Below, one piece after another: positions 1 to 12,784 of a stretch of DNA of 64,000 nt. This DNA comes from Eledone cirrhosa. Taxonomy: Eukaryota. The position numbers and the translations under genes were made by a program. The notes beneath the pieces are model-generated. The model did no database searches, was not told the DNA's origin, and saw nothing but the letters and a program-made list of their open reading frames with translations. Every line of letters starts with the position of its first letter. Positions within the stretch are counted from its first letter, which is position 1. The DNA lies in the NCBI GenBank assembly GCA_964016885.1, contig OZ024743.1:366048001-366112000 (forward strand), read 5' to 3'.

Positions 1-1
1 A

Positions 2-1162
2 TCTAATAGAATCTCTAATCTATCCTATGACATAAACACATTTAACAATAACTCTCAGTATTATAATCAGGCATTAGCTAGATCAGGCCATAATACAGGG
101 ATAGAGTTCCTACCTACAAAAACACATAGCTCCAACATCATTTCACACAACATGTCCATGGGAAAATTTAATAATAGGAATAGCAACTGCACACACACTA
201 ATAGGGATTGTAACAACAAAAGTAACCCGCACCACAGAAATGACCATAGGGACATTAAAGGAAACAAATCACCAGACATAAAAAACAGAAATAGAAGAAG
301 AAATAATACATTTTTCAACCCTCTTTTCAATTTAAACGTCTCTACCAACCTTCCTAGGGCTTTCTTCTCACTACTAGATAAACACTTCCCATCCGGCCAC
401 AGGTACCACGGCCTTTTAAACAAAAACACTATTAAGATCTCTTACTCTACTACGCTTAACTTAGCATACCACATAGCTAGTACAAATAAGAGAAAAATTA
501 ATTCTTACTTCCAACAAACTAAATCACAACGGTCGATAAACCTTCAAAATAACATTCAAAATAACAGTCAAAGTAACATTATATCAAATAACCGTAATAT
601 CAATGGAAATAATAGTAATAACACTAGTGTAAACATTAACGCTGCGTACCACAACCCACATAACCATAACCCTATAGCTAACATCCAAACTTCTACACAG
701 CATAGTAACCGGCAGACTAGCACCCAGAGTAATTGTAACTGTAGATCAAGTAGAACCTGCCCTTTAGATAAAAAATGCTTAACCAAGGATATCATATACT
801 CATGTACAGTCACAACTAACAGCTCTTCTGAAACCTATATAGGCTCCACTTCTAACTGCTTCAAAACTAGATACAATTCGCACCTCCACTCTTTCAAAAA
901 ACATAGTCTAGCCAACTCCACTTCCCTATCTAGCTACATACACCATCTAAAAACTAAAAATAAAATATATACACTTAAATGGGAAGTGGTAGGTAGTGCA
1001 ACATCGTACAAACCACCTAATAAATTTTGTAACCTCTGTCTACTAGAGACCCATACTATCATCTTCTCTAAACATAATCTCCTTAATAAAAAATCAGAAG
1101 TGTTCGCAACTTGCCAACACCGCTTCCGACACTCGTTCCAAAACTTTAAACCCTATATATAA
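2..1162 (+). CDS. Penelope-like element ORF, C-terminal part (RT thumb region + Cys-rich linker + GIY-YIG endonuclease); runs off the window start
   Basis: Frame open from nt 2 (SNRISNLSYDINTF..YNQALARSGH) to the stop at 1162. Contains CNCRSSRTCPLDKKCL, IIYSC..ETYIGST (GIY-YIG), RYNSH, CNLCLLE and LLNKKSE, with Asn-rich low-complexity inserts. Confidence 0.9.
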   Translation, partial: SNRISNLSYDINTFNNNSQYYNQALARSGHNTGIEFLPTKTHSSNIISHNMSMGKFNNRNSNCTHTNRDCNNKSNPHHRNDHRDIKGNKSPDIKNRNRRRNNTFFNPLFNLNVSTNLPRAFFSLLDKHFPSGHRYHGLLNKNTIKISYSTTLNLAYHIASTNKRKINSYFQQTKSQRSINLQNNIQNNSQSNIISNNRNINGNNSNNTSVNINAAYHNPHNHNPIANIQTSTQHSNRQTSTQSNCNCRSSRTCPLDKKCLTKDIIYSCTVTTNSSSETYIGSTSNCFKTRYNSHLHSFKKHSLANSTSLSSYIHHLKTKNKIYTLKWEVVGSATSYKPPNKFCNLCLLETHTIIFSKHNLLNKKSEVFATCQHRFRHSFQNFKPYI

Positions 1163-3081
1163 TAATGTCAGACTGGAACCGGCACCACCCCTAGCAATTA
1201 ACATCAGTAGCACACCTTACACCTCACATCCACACCCATTTCTATACTCTAAAGATAATACTGACAGCAGTTTAGTACCACCTACCTTGGGAATACCCTC
1301 TTGTACCTCTAATTCTGATATCTCGACCGTGGACTACTTATTCTGCATTGCACAAATATAAGATTAGTATAAACTGGGGACACGGTACCGGTTGCGATAA
1401 CATAGTCCTGTGCATGGATTCCCACCAAGAGATAGATTGATGATTAGATAGATAATCGTATTGTTATGTGAATATATACTGTAAACGATCAGTTCAATGA
1501 ATTATGCACGGGAGATGCATGAGTTAGGAGCATCTGTGTTGCCTGGTGACCTGACCGGCACCTTTTGACGAAAGAACCGGCCACCGGACCACCCTGGTGA
1601 ACTTACCGGCGATGCAGTCATACTACGACCTGAATCTCGCCGGGAGTCATGTATGATAATAAGACCATTACTGATAGTGAGACCCATGTAGTTAATTATG
1701 TAGTCTGACTCTTCTTATGGATTGGCCGGGTGTGGCACCCCATGTTGGATTGTGGTCATCATGACACGAACTCCTTTAGTACTTGTTACTGGACTCCACC
1801 CTAGCTTGTGGATGGGATACCTGATCTATATGTGGGACGTGGGTTTATGTATTGCTTGGTGGCAAGACAGGTGCCCTGGTATGAGAGATTTAACCTCCAG
1901 ATTGTAATCATCTTGATGTGAACTCCTTTAGTACCTATTAATAGACTCCACTCTGGCTTGTAGATGTGATACTTAATTGATTTATATATGAGACGGGGTT
2001 GTCTATTGCTTGATGACCAGACTAGTGCCTTTATATGAGAAATTGGATCTCCGGACCATACCGAAGATTTACTGGAGATTCAGACATGCAATGACCCGGA
2101 GCCTACCGGGTGGCATATATAATAGTGGGACCATACCAGGTCCTACTGTTATATTACATTTGCATGGAACAGTGACTTGAGAGTCTGACTCCTCTTATAG
2201 AACGTTCAGATATGACACCCCTTAATGGATGGTAATCATCCTAATATATACACCCTTGTACTTCTTAATGGACAACTCTCTAACCTATAAATGGGTAACA
2301 TACTCTAGAAACTAGTTATAACTTCATATGATAGGCACGTATTTGAATCAACATTAATGTAGTTTAAGATAGTAATTTAACTAAGATAACTAGCTAGTTA
2401 CCTCCCCTTACGCATTAATTCCCCTTAGTCATTCAGACACTTCCGGAATCTGGACAGCATGATCTATTAATGAAGAACCGACTGGATACGGTTTATAGCT
2501 TGATTATATGCTGAACCACCGCGAATTATACGATAGACAAGTGTTCTCTATATATATTGCGTCTCATGGATTATGTGAGTGGTGGTGTGAGCGAAGACAG
2601 TGGTACGGCTTTGCCTACGATACAATAAGGTTTATAGTATGTGGAAAGTTTTTGATATTTTGGTGTTTCCCTGCATCCGAGACTGTATATCATACAGATG
2701 TATGAGAATAAATGACTTAATAATCCAGCCCACTTAATAAGATCGATTGCCTGCTTCAACTGCCTGACCCTGCAAATATCATTCTGACGCACTCTAATCA
2801 TGTATAAATAAGACACGCGTGCATGCTACACGTGAGACTGTTTCATACACTGACTACTCTAAGCTTTCCTCTTGCTTTATCTTCATAGACTGCCAACGCT
2901 TCATGTTTATCTTTATTTTCATTCTTGTTTTTATTTTATTTTTATCCTGTAACCTTTATATGTAAATTGCCATGCTATATCATTGGATGAATGTCACCCC
3001 ACTGTTGATCAATATGCGCATATGTTTTATGTGTCTCTTGGGTTGAAAAGGAGGTCAAGTATGTTATAGATCAGTAAATAG

Positions 3082-3130
3082 TTGCTCCGAAGAATCCAAA
3101 CCTCGGTTTGGAGGAAACAATTGTAAGCAA
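3082..3130 (+). ncRNA. Minimal type I hammerhead ribozyme motif, U4C core variant
   Basis: UUGCU-CCGAAGA-AUCCAAACC uc GGUUUGGAG-GAAA-CAAUUG-UA^-AGCAA. Stem I is 5 bp, stem II 8 bp, stem III is the palindrome ACAAUUGU. Confidence 0.7.
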
Positions 3131-3330
3131 ATAAATGACTTAAACTGAACTTTGATTATTGTAATCTCTATATAACTGCTCTGTAAAACAACTGATGTTG
3201 AGCTATTTATCTTACTGGTAATAGGATAGTAATTAATGACTATCTTTCACTGTTTAGGGTTTGTGTATATATAATATATTACCATTAAAGGTTTTATTGC
3301 ATACATAACCATAAATAGTACCCTTAATAC

Positions 3331-3401
<71 letters not shown>

Positions 3402-3419
3402 ATTTATGTATGTATGTAC

Positions 3420-4030
3420 ATGTCAGGTCACCAGTTGGTGCTACTGGTAACATGTATCCCAGTACAACCTGTCTCATGGTCGGGTCGTTGGCGACTAAAC
3501 TGGCAACCCCACCAAGGTTTCTCGATGAGGAGGGTGACTTTGGACATCCTGCAGGACTAAAAACAAAACCTGTCAAAAGGCGAAGGGGGTCTTAAGAGTC
3601 AATAGCTATCCAAAATCACCGGGAGAAATGACCCCTTAGCCTTTGTCAAGGCAGAATTCTAGGAGAAGGAAAACTCTGATATAACACCTGCAACCCTGAT
3701 GGTATCCAATGATGTTGACTTGTTCTTCTTTTTGGTAAATATCATCTTGGTTAAGAGAGTGGGACTGGCTTTGTGCAGTGCCTTTGCTCACTATAAAAGC
3801 TTCACAATACAGGCATTGCTTTATATCTGGAGATCTATCTGCACTTGTCGTCACATGGTACCATGGGCCCAGCACTATGTGTCAATAATTGTCACAAGTG
3901 TACTGTTTGTACCAGAGTTTTCAAGTCGCTGGCTGGACTAAAAAGCCACACTCGTTCAGCGCATCGGTAGGGGTTCTCCTACATGGATATAAAGTAGAGG
4001 CCGTACTCAAAAACGAGTTGGCAGCCACCA
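3420..4030 (+). mobile_element. Degenerate RTE-type LINE remnant
   Basis: 3905-3970 translates CTRVFKSLAGLKSHTRSAHR, resembling the C-terminal C2H2-like finger of RTE/BovB ORFs, followed by a short UTR and a (TA) tract. Confidence 0.4.
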
Positions 4031-5307
4031 TGTACATATATATATAACCCAGTGGTGGGGGGGGGCTCACTCTTGTAAGGTCATGAGTTCAATTCCAAGT
4101 AACGCGTTAATTTCAAAATCTGATTGTTCTTTCGATCGAATCAACTTCGTCGTCATTCCCTCAGGTTCAAGTCAGAAGTGTAAAATAGAGAAAAGTGAGA
4201 CTTCTCCGTTGAAAGTATGTGAACGTTTATGTATTAGTTTTTAAGCCATCTGTTTTCGTATTTTGTTTTGTTTGTTTGTTTGTTTTGTATTTGTATTTCA
4301 AGATTCGAGATACAACTGTTGTTTCTGTGGAATTATGGGTTTACAAACGAGACTGATGATTTCTTGAAAGAGGTTTTTAATTCGATGCAATTCTAGATCT
4401 GATGCGATAACCTTCCACTGAGTGATATTAAAAATATGTTACTACAACTGATCATGACAAATTTCATATCATTGTAAACGATGACAGAATTGCGGGTGGG
4501 AGGGGAATAACGTAAAAACAAAAATGAAAATAAAATAAAATAAAACTAAAATAAAAATAAAAGATAAAAATAACAAAATAAATTAAACAAAAGAGGAAAA
4601 CCAAAACAAATAAAAGAGAACAAAGGGAAGCAGACTAGGTAGAGACATATATCATACTATATATCGAATTACACAAGAAGTTGTTCTGGCTATTGTCTAT
4701 CTCTATCATGACTAAACACCTCTAACTTCTGATCTCTGTCTTTATCTCAAACGTGTCTCTCTGTTAAAGACAACTAGCTACTGACACGAGAGATGGGTCT
4801 TTAAATGAGAAACAGAATGAATTCTTTCCAACATGATAGAGGAGGGAGGGAATGGTTTCGTGTAGGGGAGATATGAAAGTCGATGAAAAAGGGGTGAATA
4901 ATATACAGATAGTGTACTCGTCACGTTTTAAATCTACTCAGAATGCCGTGAACGCGCTGATAGGAAAGGACACTAAACTGCTTTTGACCTGCTAGTTAGA
5001 GAAGATAAATCTCCCCTAAACCATACCTTACCACAATTTTATCAATCTTTTAATACATTTTATATTTCAATTGAAAAATGCTACATGTCTTAAATAAAAC
5101 AAGCGTATTACTTGAAATAGCCCCTCGAACCTTGCATAAATTATGAAATAAATTGAAATTACCTTTAATATAATGAGATTCTTGAGAATGATGCTGATTT
5201 CCGTAAGGAAGAATCAAAGGTCTCTTCTTTCAGTGATTTTTATACAATTATCAAGTTTCATTTGGAAAGGAAGGTGAGCCCCCCCCCCCCCCCCCTCCAG
5301 TATATTG

Positions 5308-5600
5308 GTTAAAAGGTGGGTGGGTGAGAATGGCCCGTGTGAATGGGCCTACTCTTAGCATGCGCCTGTAAGCTTGTTGATTTGAATATGAGATGGATGA
5401 CCTTCCCGGATGCTCTCGCGTTGGTGGGTTCTTGAGTCGCCCCCTGGGTGGTTATCCCTCCTAATGGGAAATTTTCATTGTTGTGTTTCTTTTGCTAATT
5501 GTTATTGTTTTTATACATATTTTTACTCGACGTTTTTTTGTAAACCCCCACTGGCCCCGTCTATTATTCTATTGTCCCCTATATATTGACCCTTGTGGCC
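5308..5600 (+). mobile_element. 3' end fragment of the same L1/Tx1-type LINE family as 53.8-56.5 kb
   Basis: aaaggtgggtg..gagaatggcccgtgtgaatgggcct..gcctgta and ttgtcccct..cttgtggc match 56216-56508. Confidence 0.7.
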
Positions 5601-6044
5601 GGTGGGCTTTCAGAATCGGTAGAGCGTCGGACATCATGCTTTGCACCATAGAGTTACGGTCTTTACGGTCTGAGTTCAAACCCCGTAAAGGTCAGCTTTG
5701 CCTTTCATCTTTACGAGGTCGATAAAATAAAGCACCAGTAACGTACTGGGGTCGATTTAATCGGTTTTCCCCTCCCCAAAATGACTGGCCTTGTGCCTAT
5801 ACTAGAAATCATTATTATTATTATTAATGGACGGTGGATTGGCAGTATTGGTAGAGGGTCGTACGCCATGCTTTGCAGCATAGAGTTACGGTCCTTTATG
5901 ATCTGAGCTCAAATCCCGCCGAGGTTAACTTTGCCTTTCATCCTTAAGGGGTCGATAAAATAAAGTACCAGTCACGCGCTGGGGTCGATTTAATAGACTT
6001 TCCCCTCCCCCCAAATTACTGGCCTTGTGCCTATATAAGAAACC

Positions 6045-6060
<16 letters not shown>
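5597..6060 (+). mobile_element. Two tandem copies of an abundant tRNA-derived SINE
   Basis: A-box-like TGGCAGTATTGG, B-box GAGTTCAAA, body gcctttcatcc..ggtcgataaaataaagtaccagt and (ATT)n tails. Confidence 0.85.
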
Positions 6061-6076
<16 letters not shown>

Positions 6077-6089
6077 TATATATAGTGTA

Positions 6090-6417
6090 GGTAGTACAAA
6101 AGACATCGAGTAAAATATCCACCGCATTGCTGCTCCACAAATTACACCAGGATATACACATACGCTCACGCGCACACAAAAGATAGGGCCAATGCCTATA
6201 TATATATACATTCTCGGTCCACATACCACAGCAAAGATATATTTTACATATTTTTTGTCGTATCACCAGCCTGAGGAACAGATCGATACTAGAGTCGGGT
6301 CCATAACTCCTATGGGTCACCTTGAGCCAATCCTCTCCGAAACGCGCGTAACAGGTTGATATGCAATAAATATTTTTCATATGTGAACGAAACTTCCTCG
6401 TTTATTCTATTATATAC

Positions 6418-6478
<61 letters not shown>

Positions 6479-6550
6479 CCACTCTCAAGAGCGTGAAACT
6501 AATAAACCTTTGTTCGTACTACCTCTCTGTTTTGTTCCCGTTCAATTTTT

Positions 6551-6607
<57 letters not shown>

Positions 6608-6635
6608 AAACGAGTAAGTTTCGTTCACACATATA
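6090..6635 (+). mobile_element. PLE-like 3' terminal fragments between (TA)n tracts, with a decayed hammerhead
   Basis: GAAA-CGCGCG-UA at 6339-6350 with stem CAGCCUG/CAGGUUG, then AATAAA. The terminus 6380-6410 recurs inverted at 6600-6632. The 80-bp tail 6478-6555 is shared with 24400, 38955 and 41650. Confidence 0.55.
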
Positions 6636-7049
6636 TATATATATATATACTTACTTGTCATATATAAATATATATATATATATATATCGGGAGAGAGTGA
6701 GAGAAGGCAGATGACTAAAATACTTAATGAACCGTTTGAAATGTGGTCTACATTTAAAACCTGGGCTGAGCATATAACAGTAACAATACTTTACCTCTTT
6801 TCTGGACCTATTAACCAATTAAAATGGAGTCTACGTTTCACATTTGGCCTAGTTCTATTACCAGTCTAATTCGACCTTGTATATTACACGAAGAAAAAGT
6901 CAGTTATACAAAAAATAATATTGCAATTGCTACTTCGTGACAATCAAGACCCCCTCATACATTCAGAAATAACTGTCAAATCCCCTTGAAATCACAGATA
7001 CGTGGTGCAAAGCAGCAACAAGTAACGTAAAATATTATCTAAATATGTA

Positions 7050-7582
7050 TGGTTAATGAGTTCGCTTTGCATCCACGTGGTTCTGGTTTCTGTCTCACAA
7101 CATGTCATTTGGGGCGAGTGTTTTCTATTGGACCTCGGCTTGGCAAATGCCTTGTGAATGGAGTTTTATAGATGGAAACTACAGAAGTCCGCCGTATATA
7201 TGTAGATATATATGTGTGTGTGACCATGTCTATGTTTACGGTTGTGTCTGTGTGTACGTTTATGTCTTGTAACTTAGTGGTTCGACAAACATCATGTTGA
7301 TAAAATAAGTGACAGACACGGAAAATAAAGTTCTGGTCCGAACATGGCCACAGTCTAATGGCTGAAACAAGTAAAAAATAAAAGAGTAAAATAATTGTTT
7401 CTACATTTGGCACAAGGCCACCAATTATCCAGTACATTACTGGTACTTTATTTTATCGACCCCGTAAGGATGAAAGGCAAAGTTAACCTCGGCGAGATTT
7501 GAACTCAGATCGTAAAAGGACGTAACTATGCTGGAAAGCATGGCGTCCGACCCTCTACCGATACTGCCAATACTGCCAATAA
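7050..7582. mobile_element. Two SINEs tail-to-tail (7050-7390 plus; 7394-7582 minus)
   Basis: The second copy is the reverse complement of the 5829 SINE. The first has a tRNA-like head and the tail catggccacagtctaatggctgaaacaagtaaaa. Confidence 0.7.
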
Positions 7583-9659
7583 AATAATGAAAGATCAAAT
7601 ATATGGAATTACAATTGCAATATGACAGGACTGAGTGAGGTTAACAAACAACAAAAACAACAACAACGCGGATAATGGTGATAATGATGATAAGGATCAT
7701 ATATAAATCATGATTTTATTTGACACGTTCTAAAGTTTCGCAACCCAATCAAGAAACTTAACTGAAATCTTGAATCGAAGATCTCGCATTAAAGTGTCTT
7801 CACATACATATACACATATCAGCTTACCTAACCATATACAACAAACACGCACGCACACACACACAGATGCATACATATACGTTCACACATATATTATATA
7901 TTTACACATACGCAAACACACACACACACCCAAACATACATACCATCACACACACGTACACGTATATAGAGGCAATCGCGAATACACACACACTCATGCA
8001 CAAACTCAGTCAGACACGTACACATATACACACGCTTACACATCGAAATATAAACTACATTCAAAATCACATACACACACAACTCCATACAGACACACAA
8101 AAGGACATACACGCGTTCGCAGGTCTAGCCCCTCCCCCACCAACACACCCATAAGCCATTCCTTTCACCTCACAAACCTCAAGCCTCACCACCACACACT
8201 CTCATACATACATACATACAAATACAATTACCCATACACACGTACATACTCAAGTATGTAGGTTTCAGACACGCGCACTAACATAAAGTCTCATAAAACT
8301 GGATATATCAGTAAGGAAAGACCAACGGTAGTGAAATACGGAGTTGTCACGTAGGCAATCAAATTTCTACAATCTATTTCTTTGATTTTTTTTCTTTTTC
8401 CTTTTTGTTAAAGTTCCGATCTTTATTTTTTTCTCTACCTATCACATTTAGAGCGTCTTTTTATGACAGGAACAAACTTTTGTGTCCTCTTTTTTATTTT
8501 GTTTTGTTTTGTTTCAATTTCAAGGAATCATCGTTTAGGTTGTCCCGACCTTACAAGTATTAACTGGAACTTATATGTTTATCAATGTGGATCAGTAGAA
8601 CCCGTGGACTCTATCTAGTGTTAATATAATAGTATATAGCATGTTTTGACTAAATTTTTAAGACATAGATAATAAGGTAGTATCGCAGCATGGTTGCCAT
8701 ATAGTAAACTAATATGAAATAAAGGAGTAAGGCTTAATTCGTCGTCCGATTTAATTCCCCCACCATGTGCACTTGAGCCACGTCTCTTGTTTGTGGATAT
8801 CTTTTTCCATCTCACCCACTATTCTGCGAGGGCCTGAAAGGCGCCATGGACAACTGCATCCCACTCCTATCTAAGAGATAAAAAATACGTATTATTATAT
8901 TAGTAAATGTATAAAAACACACGAAAGACATAACCTTTCGACACTAAAAATATTAAATATAATAAAACATTAAAAAGAATCAACGAGATCATTATGAGTG
9001 GTAAGGCACAGCATATAAAGATCATTCTCTCTATGATTGTGGAGTGAGGTCTTAGACCCTAGAAGATAACAATCTGTTAACTGATACTATGGTTAATCGA
9101 TACCTTTACAGTAAAATGATATAGCTGGATGGAGCAAGAAGTTCTATATTTATCGTGATATTGCATGTTTCTTGTTGTTTTTGTTACACATGAATTACCA
9201 TGTCAGATGTCACTGCAACAGTCATAGAATGGTTAATGGAACATTTGCTTCTTATTGCGATGTCATGTTTTGTTGTTGTTTTTTTTGTTTGTTTGTTTTT
9301 TTTTTGTCATTCCTTACTGACTCTTGGAATGGCTGACATCATACAACATTGTACTAAATGTCTTTTGGTATTTAATTTAGCGCTTCTAAGATTTATTTAA
9401 AATATTTGTTCAACTCGCTTTGCGTTTCCGCATTCAGAGATTAATAAAATAATTACTACATATGTATTTGGGACAATTCCCATTCAAAAATCGGTTAATT
9501 TATACTATTAAAAAAGATCACTTATATTTTGTTTAAGACTATTTTATACAAAATATACGTGGGCGTATTAATTTCTTGTTTTCCTTATCTAAGGAAAAGA
9601 TCTCAAGATCCATCTATTATAAGAAGCATTTTTCGGGGCTTCAGTTTGTCTCGTGACTA

Positions 9660-9750
9660 GTCACCCATCAGAGTACTAACCAGACTTGTCATTGTAAAAC
9701 TTCAGTGATCAGACGAGAACTGATATTTACAACGTAGTATAGCTGTAAAC
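9660..9750 (-). pseudogene. 5S rRNA-derived fragment (pseudogene or SINE3 head)
   Basis: Minus strand GTTTACAGCTATACTACGTTG..GTTCTCGTCTGATCACTGAAGTT..GGTTAGTACTCTGATGGGTGAC aligns to the first ~91 nt of metazoan 5S rRNA; the 3' end is missing. Confidence 0.85.
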
Positions 9751-10765
9751 ATCCTCGTTTGCTTTACTGCTGTCGGCTGATGGTCGAATTAGGCTGAGCC
9801 ATCCAGGCTGCCGGCTTTCCGGTCAAAGCTTCCTCTGTCGATATGTGTTCCATCAACGGCGCCAAACCGAGTCTAAGGCAACGATATTTAATACTCAATA
9901 GCTAGTTCACCGAGCTATAAATACGTGCTTTTGTGTGTTACTGTTCACTGATTTAATATATACAGTCAAATACTTTCATGAAAGAAACCCGTGACGCACA
10001 AACATACTTCACACCCAGAAAGTGATATGGCTAGAGGTTTGTCTGTCTAAACAGCTTATCGTTGTGAAAACTTGCAGCTTCCGACATTGGGTAAACATAT
10101 CTACGTCCGTGAGAACTGGTAAGCCATGACAGGCTGGAAAAGGTATCTGATACCCGCTATAATTAAGAAACAAAAAGCAAGAGAAAGAAAAACTAAGAGG
10201 CAAAATAAGAAAAAGATGAATGACAGGGACAGATATAAAGTAGTTAAATGATTGTCTTGTTGAATCTTTCGGTAGCCTCCATATATTGGAATAGCTTGTT
10301 GATAGTTGGTGGATATTTGAGAATATATTGCACCTCAAATCAAGGTGCCAGCATTAAAATGTCCCCTGTCTCAGACTGGTAGAATCTACATTAGAACAAA
10401 TAGTGCCATTAATCTTCTAGATAATCTCCGCAAGAACATAGAAGTGATGTTGTTAGAATATAGAACAAAACATCTATGATACTAAATTACGGTCCCTTAT
10501 ATTCTGAGTTCAAATCACAAAAAATAAACTTTAACTGTCACTCTTCTAGGCTCGATAAGCTAAAGAATCAGTGATGTATAAGCCTCGATTTAATATTCTT
10601 ATAAACCATGTGAATGAGATTATAATGGAGGAAAAAAGAATTACTTCAGAACTATGTGATTTCTGGTTTAATCTCACAGAGCGGCACCTTGGACAAATGT
10701 CTTCATTCGTAGTATCGACTCGACTAACACGTTTTAAATGTGACTTGCAAGACAAAATTGTTTGA

Positions 10766-11402
10766 AATCTCGCTGGCTTTCCATCACAACGGGAGCCAAC
10801 AGGCATTGACCGCGGAGACGGCAAACGTCCCGATGGAATCACTCTTCCCATTCGAAGGAGGTAGATCCCTCATCTGGGACGCCACCTGCTGTGATATTTT
10901 CTCTGCCTCCAGCTTAGTTGCTTCGGGCACAAACCCCCGTACTGCAGCCCGCAATGCAGAGGAACGGAAAATAAACAAATACCGGGGATTGTCCAGCCGC
11001 TTCCTCTTCCCACTGGTCGCCGTCGAGACCTCAGGCGTACTTGGACCCCGTACAGCTGAGCTCCTCTACGATTGGAACGTCATAGACCCGTCTGGGGAAG
11101 GAGCCCCGCAAGGTTGGGTGGCTGTCGCTGGCCATTGTCCGCGGGAATGCTTTAGCGGTCTTGTTCGCGGGGCGCAGCCCCTCTACCGTCGTACCCTAGA
11201 CCCAGAGTCCAATCGTCCTCCCCCCTCCTCATTCTTCTGTGACACTATAGTTCTTGCTATTCCCTCTGCTTCCCGTTTTTTCTTTCTTTTTCCTCTCTAT
11301 ATTTTCCTATTTTACATTCCATTCTTCTAAATCTAAATTATCTTGTTTTTTTTCTTTTTTCTGTTAAACTGTATTTACATGATATATTCCATAAATAAAA
11401 TA
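10766..11402 (+). mobile_element. 5'-truncated CRE-clade non-LTR retrotransposon (restriction-like endonuclease domain + 3' UTR)
   Basis: Frameshifted EPTGIDRGDGKRPDGIT / GRSLIWDATCCD..AARNAEERKINKY..PLVAVETSGVLGP, the RLE (PD..D) signature, then a pyrimidine-rich UTR and an AATAAA-rich end. Confidence 0.8.
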
Positions 11403-11602
11403 ATTGTTTCTACTTTTGGCACAAGGCCAGCAATTATTCCAGTGCATTACTGGTACTTTATTTTATCGACCCCGTAAGGATGAAAGGCAAAATTAACCTC
11501 GGCGGGATTTGAACTCAGATCGTAAAGGCCCGTAACTCCATGCTGCAAAGCATGGTGTCCAACCCTCTACCGATACTGCCAATCCACCGCCAATACTGCC
11601 AA
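11403..11602 (-). mobile_element. tRNA-derived SINE (same family as 5829)
   Basis: Near-full reverse-complement copy with B box and conserved body. Confidence 0.85.
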
Positions 11603-12118
11603 TCAAATAAAATAATAGTTGTTAGTTATGGGGCGGTAGACGTAATTCATTACCTATTTTAACAAGATGGCTGGAAACTTTCGCTGCTTTTGGCAGAGTA
11701 TACTCTGTTGCAAGCATTCTGATCAGGTATCTACTCTGAATATAATATCCGCCCTTTCCTTAACCAGACTTAGAGGCCATGAAATGAGAAATGGTCATAT
11801 CTGACTAAGAAGAAAATAAATAATATGAAAAATTATAAGATAGAAAAATAAAAACAACACCAACATGATATTATTAAACAAGATGGGATCATTTTCCTGG
11901 CGTAAATTAGTATTTCACTAGACGAAAAGGTTTATGGTTTTTAGAAATTAAACTGTTATATTTCCTTTGAGAACTTTAGTTGGTTAGTCACTATAGACAC
12001 CATAAACATGACTAATATCCCGGTTAGTCATTGTTTGACAAAAAATAAAATAATGCTTCCTAATATCTGTATATATATATTTTTTTTCTTCCTAATAATC
12101 GTTTTTTTCTCCCTATTT

Positions 12119-12191
<73 letters not shown>

Positions 12192-12784
12192 TACATGTAA
12201 TAAATATAGATGTATGTGTGTATATTTGTACAAACACACACACACATATGTGTGTATGTGTGTGTGTGTGTGTATGTGCGTGTTGACGAACTTAATGAAC
12301 GTAATATCAGAGAATCGTATTATCTAATTCTAGACCATAAGAACGGATAATATGCCACATTAAATATAGAAAAATATAGAAGATAAATATTGGAGTAACA
12401 AAAACATTAAAACCGAGACGACTGAAAATTGAATAGGAAGAAAGCGAGGAAAATCTTGTCAGCAGAGAATATAGTTAGAGTCATAAGATGTTATAGATAT
12501 ATTGAGAACAGAAATTTAAGAGAGGTATCACACAAAACCTTCGACAGAAGGATAAAACAGTGAACAAGGAAGTCAAGAAACATTGCCACAAAGATAAAGA
12601 AAAGTAGGTTTGCGAGAAGAAAAATATAGGAGTCGATCGCTAGATCGGACCAAGGAAGCAATGTTTTCATTTTTGTTTTGCATTCCTAAGACTATTTGCC
12701 GACGCAACTTCTGGTAAATGGGGACAGGATTTGGACTCGAACGCATAGAACCAGAGTAGATACTATTTAATAATCCACCACCCC

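Larger units (their letters stand above)
1..3332 (+). mobile_element. Penelope-like retroelement with ~2.1 kb 3' UTR/pLTR ending in (TA)n
   Basis: GIY-YIG ORF, then a non-coding tail with degenerate ~150-bp repeats (1700-2300), a hammerhead motif at 3082-3130, AATAAA directly after it, and a (TA)n(TG)n tract from ~3331. Confidence 0.8.
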
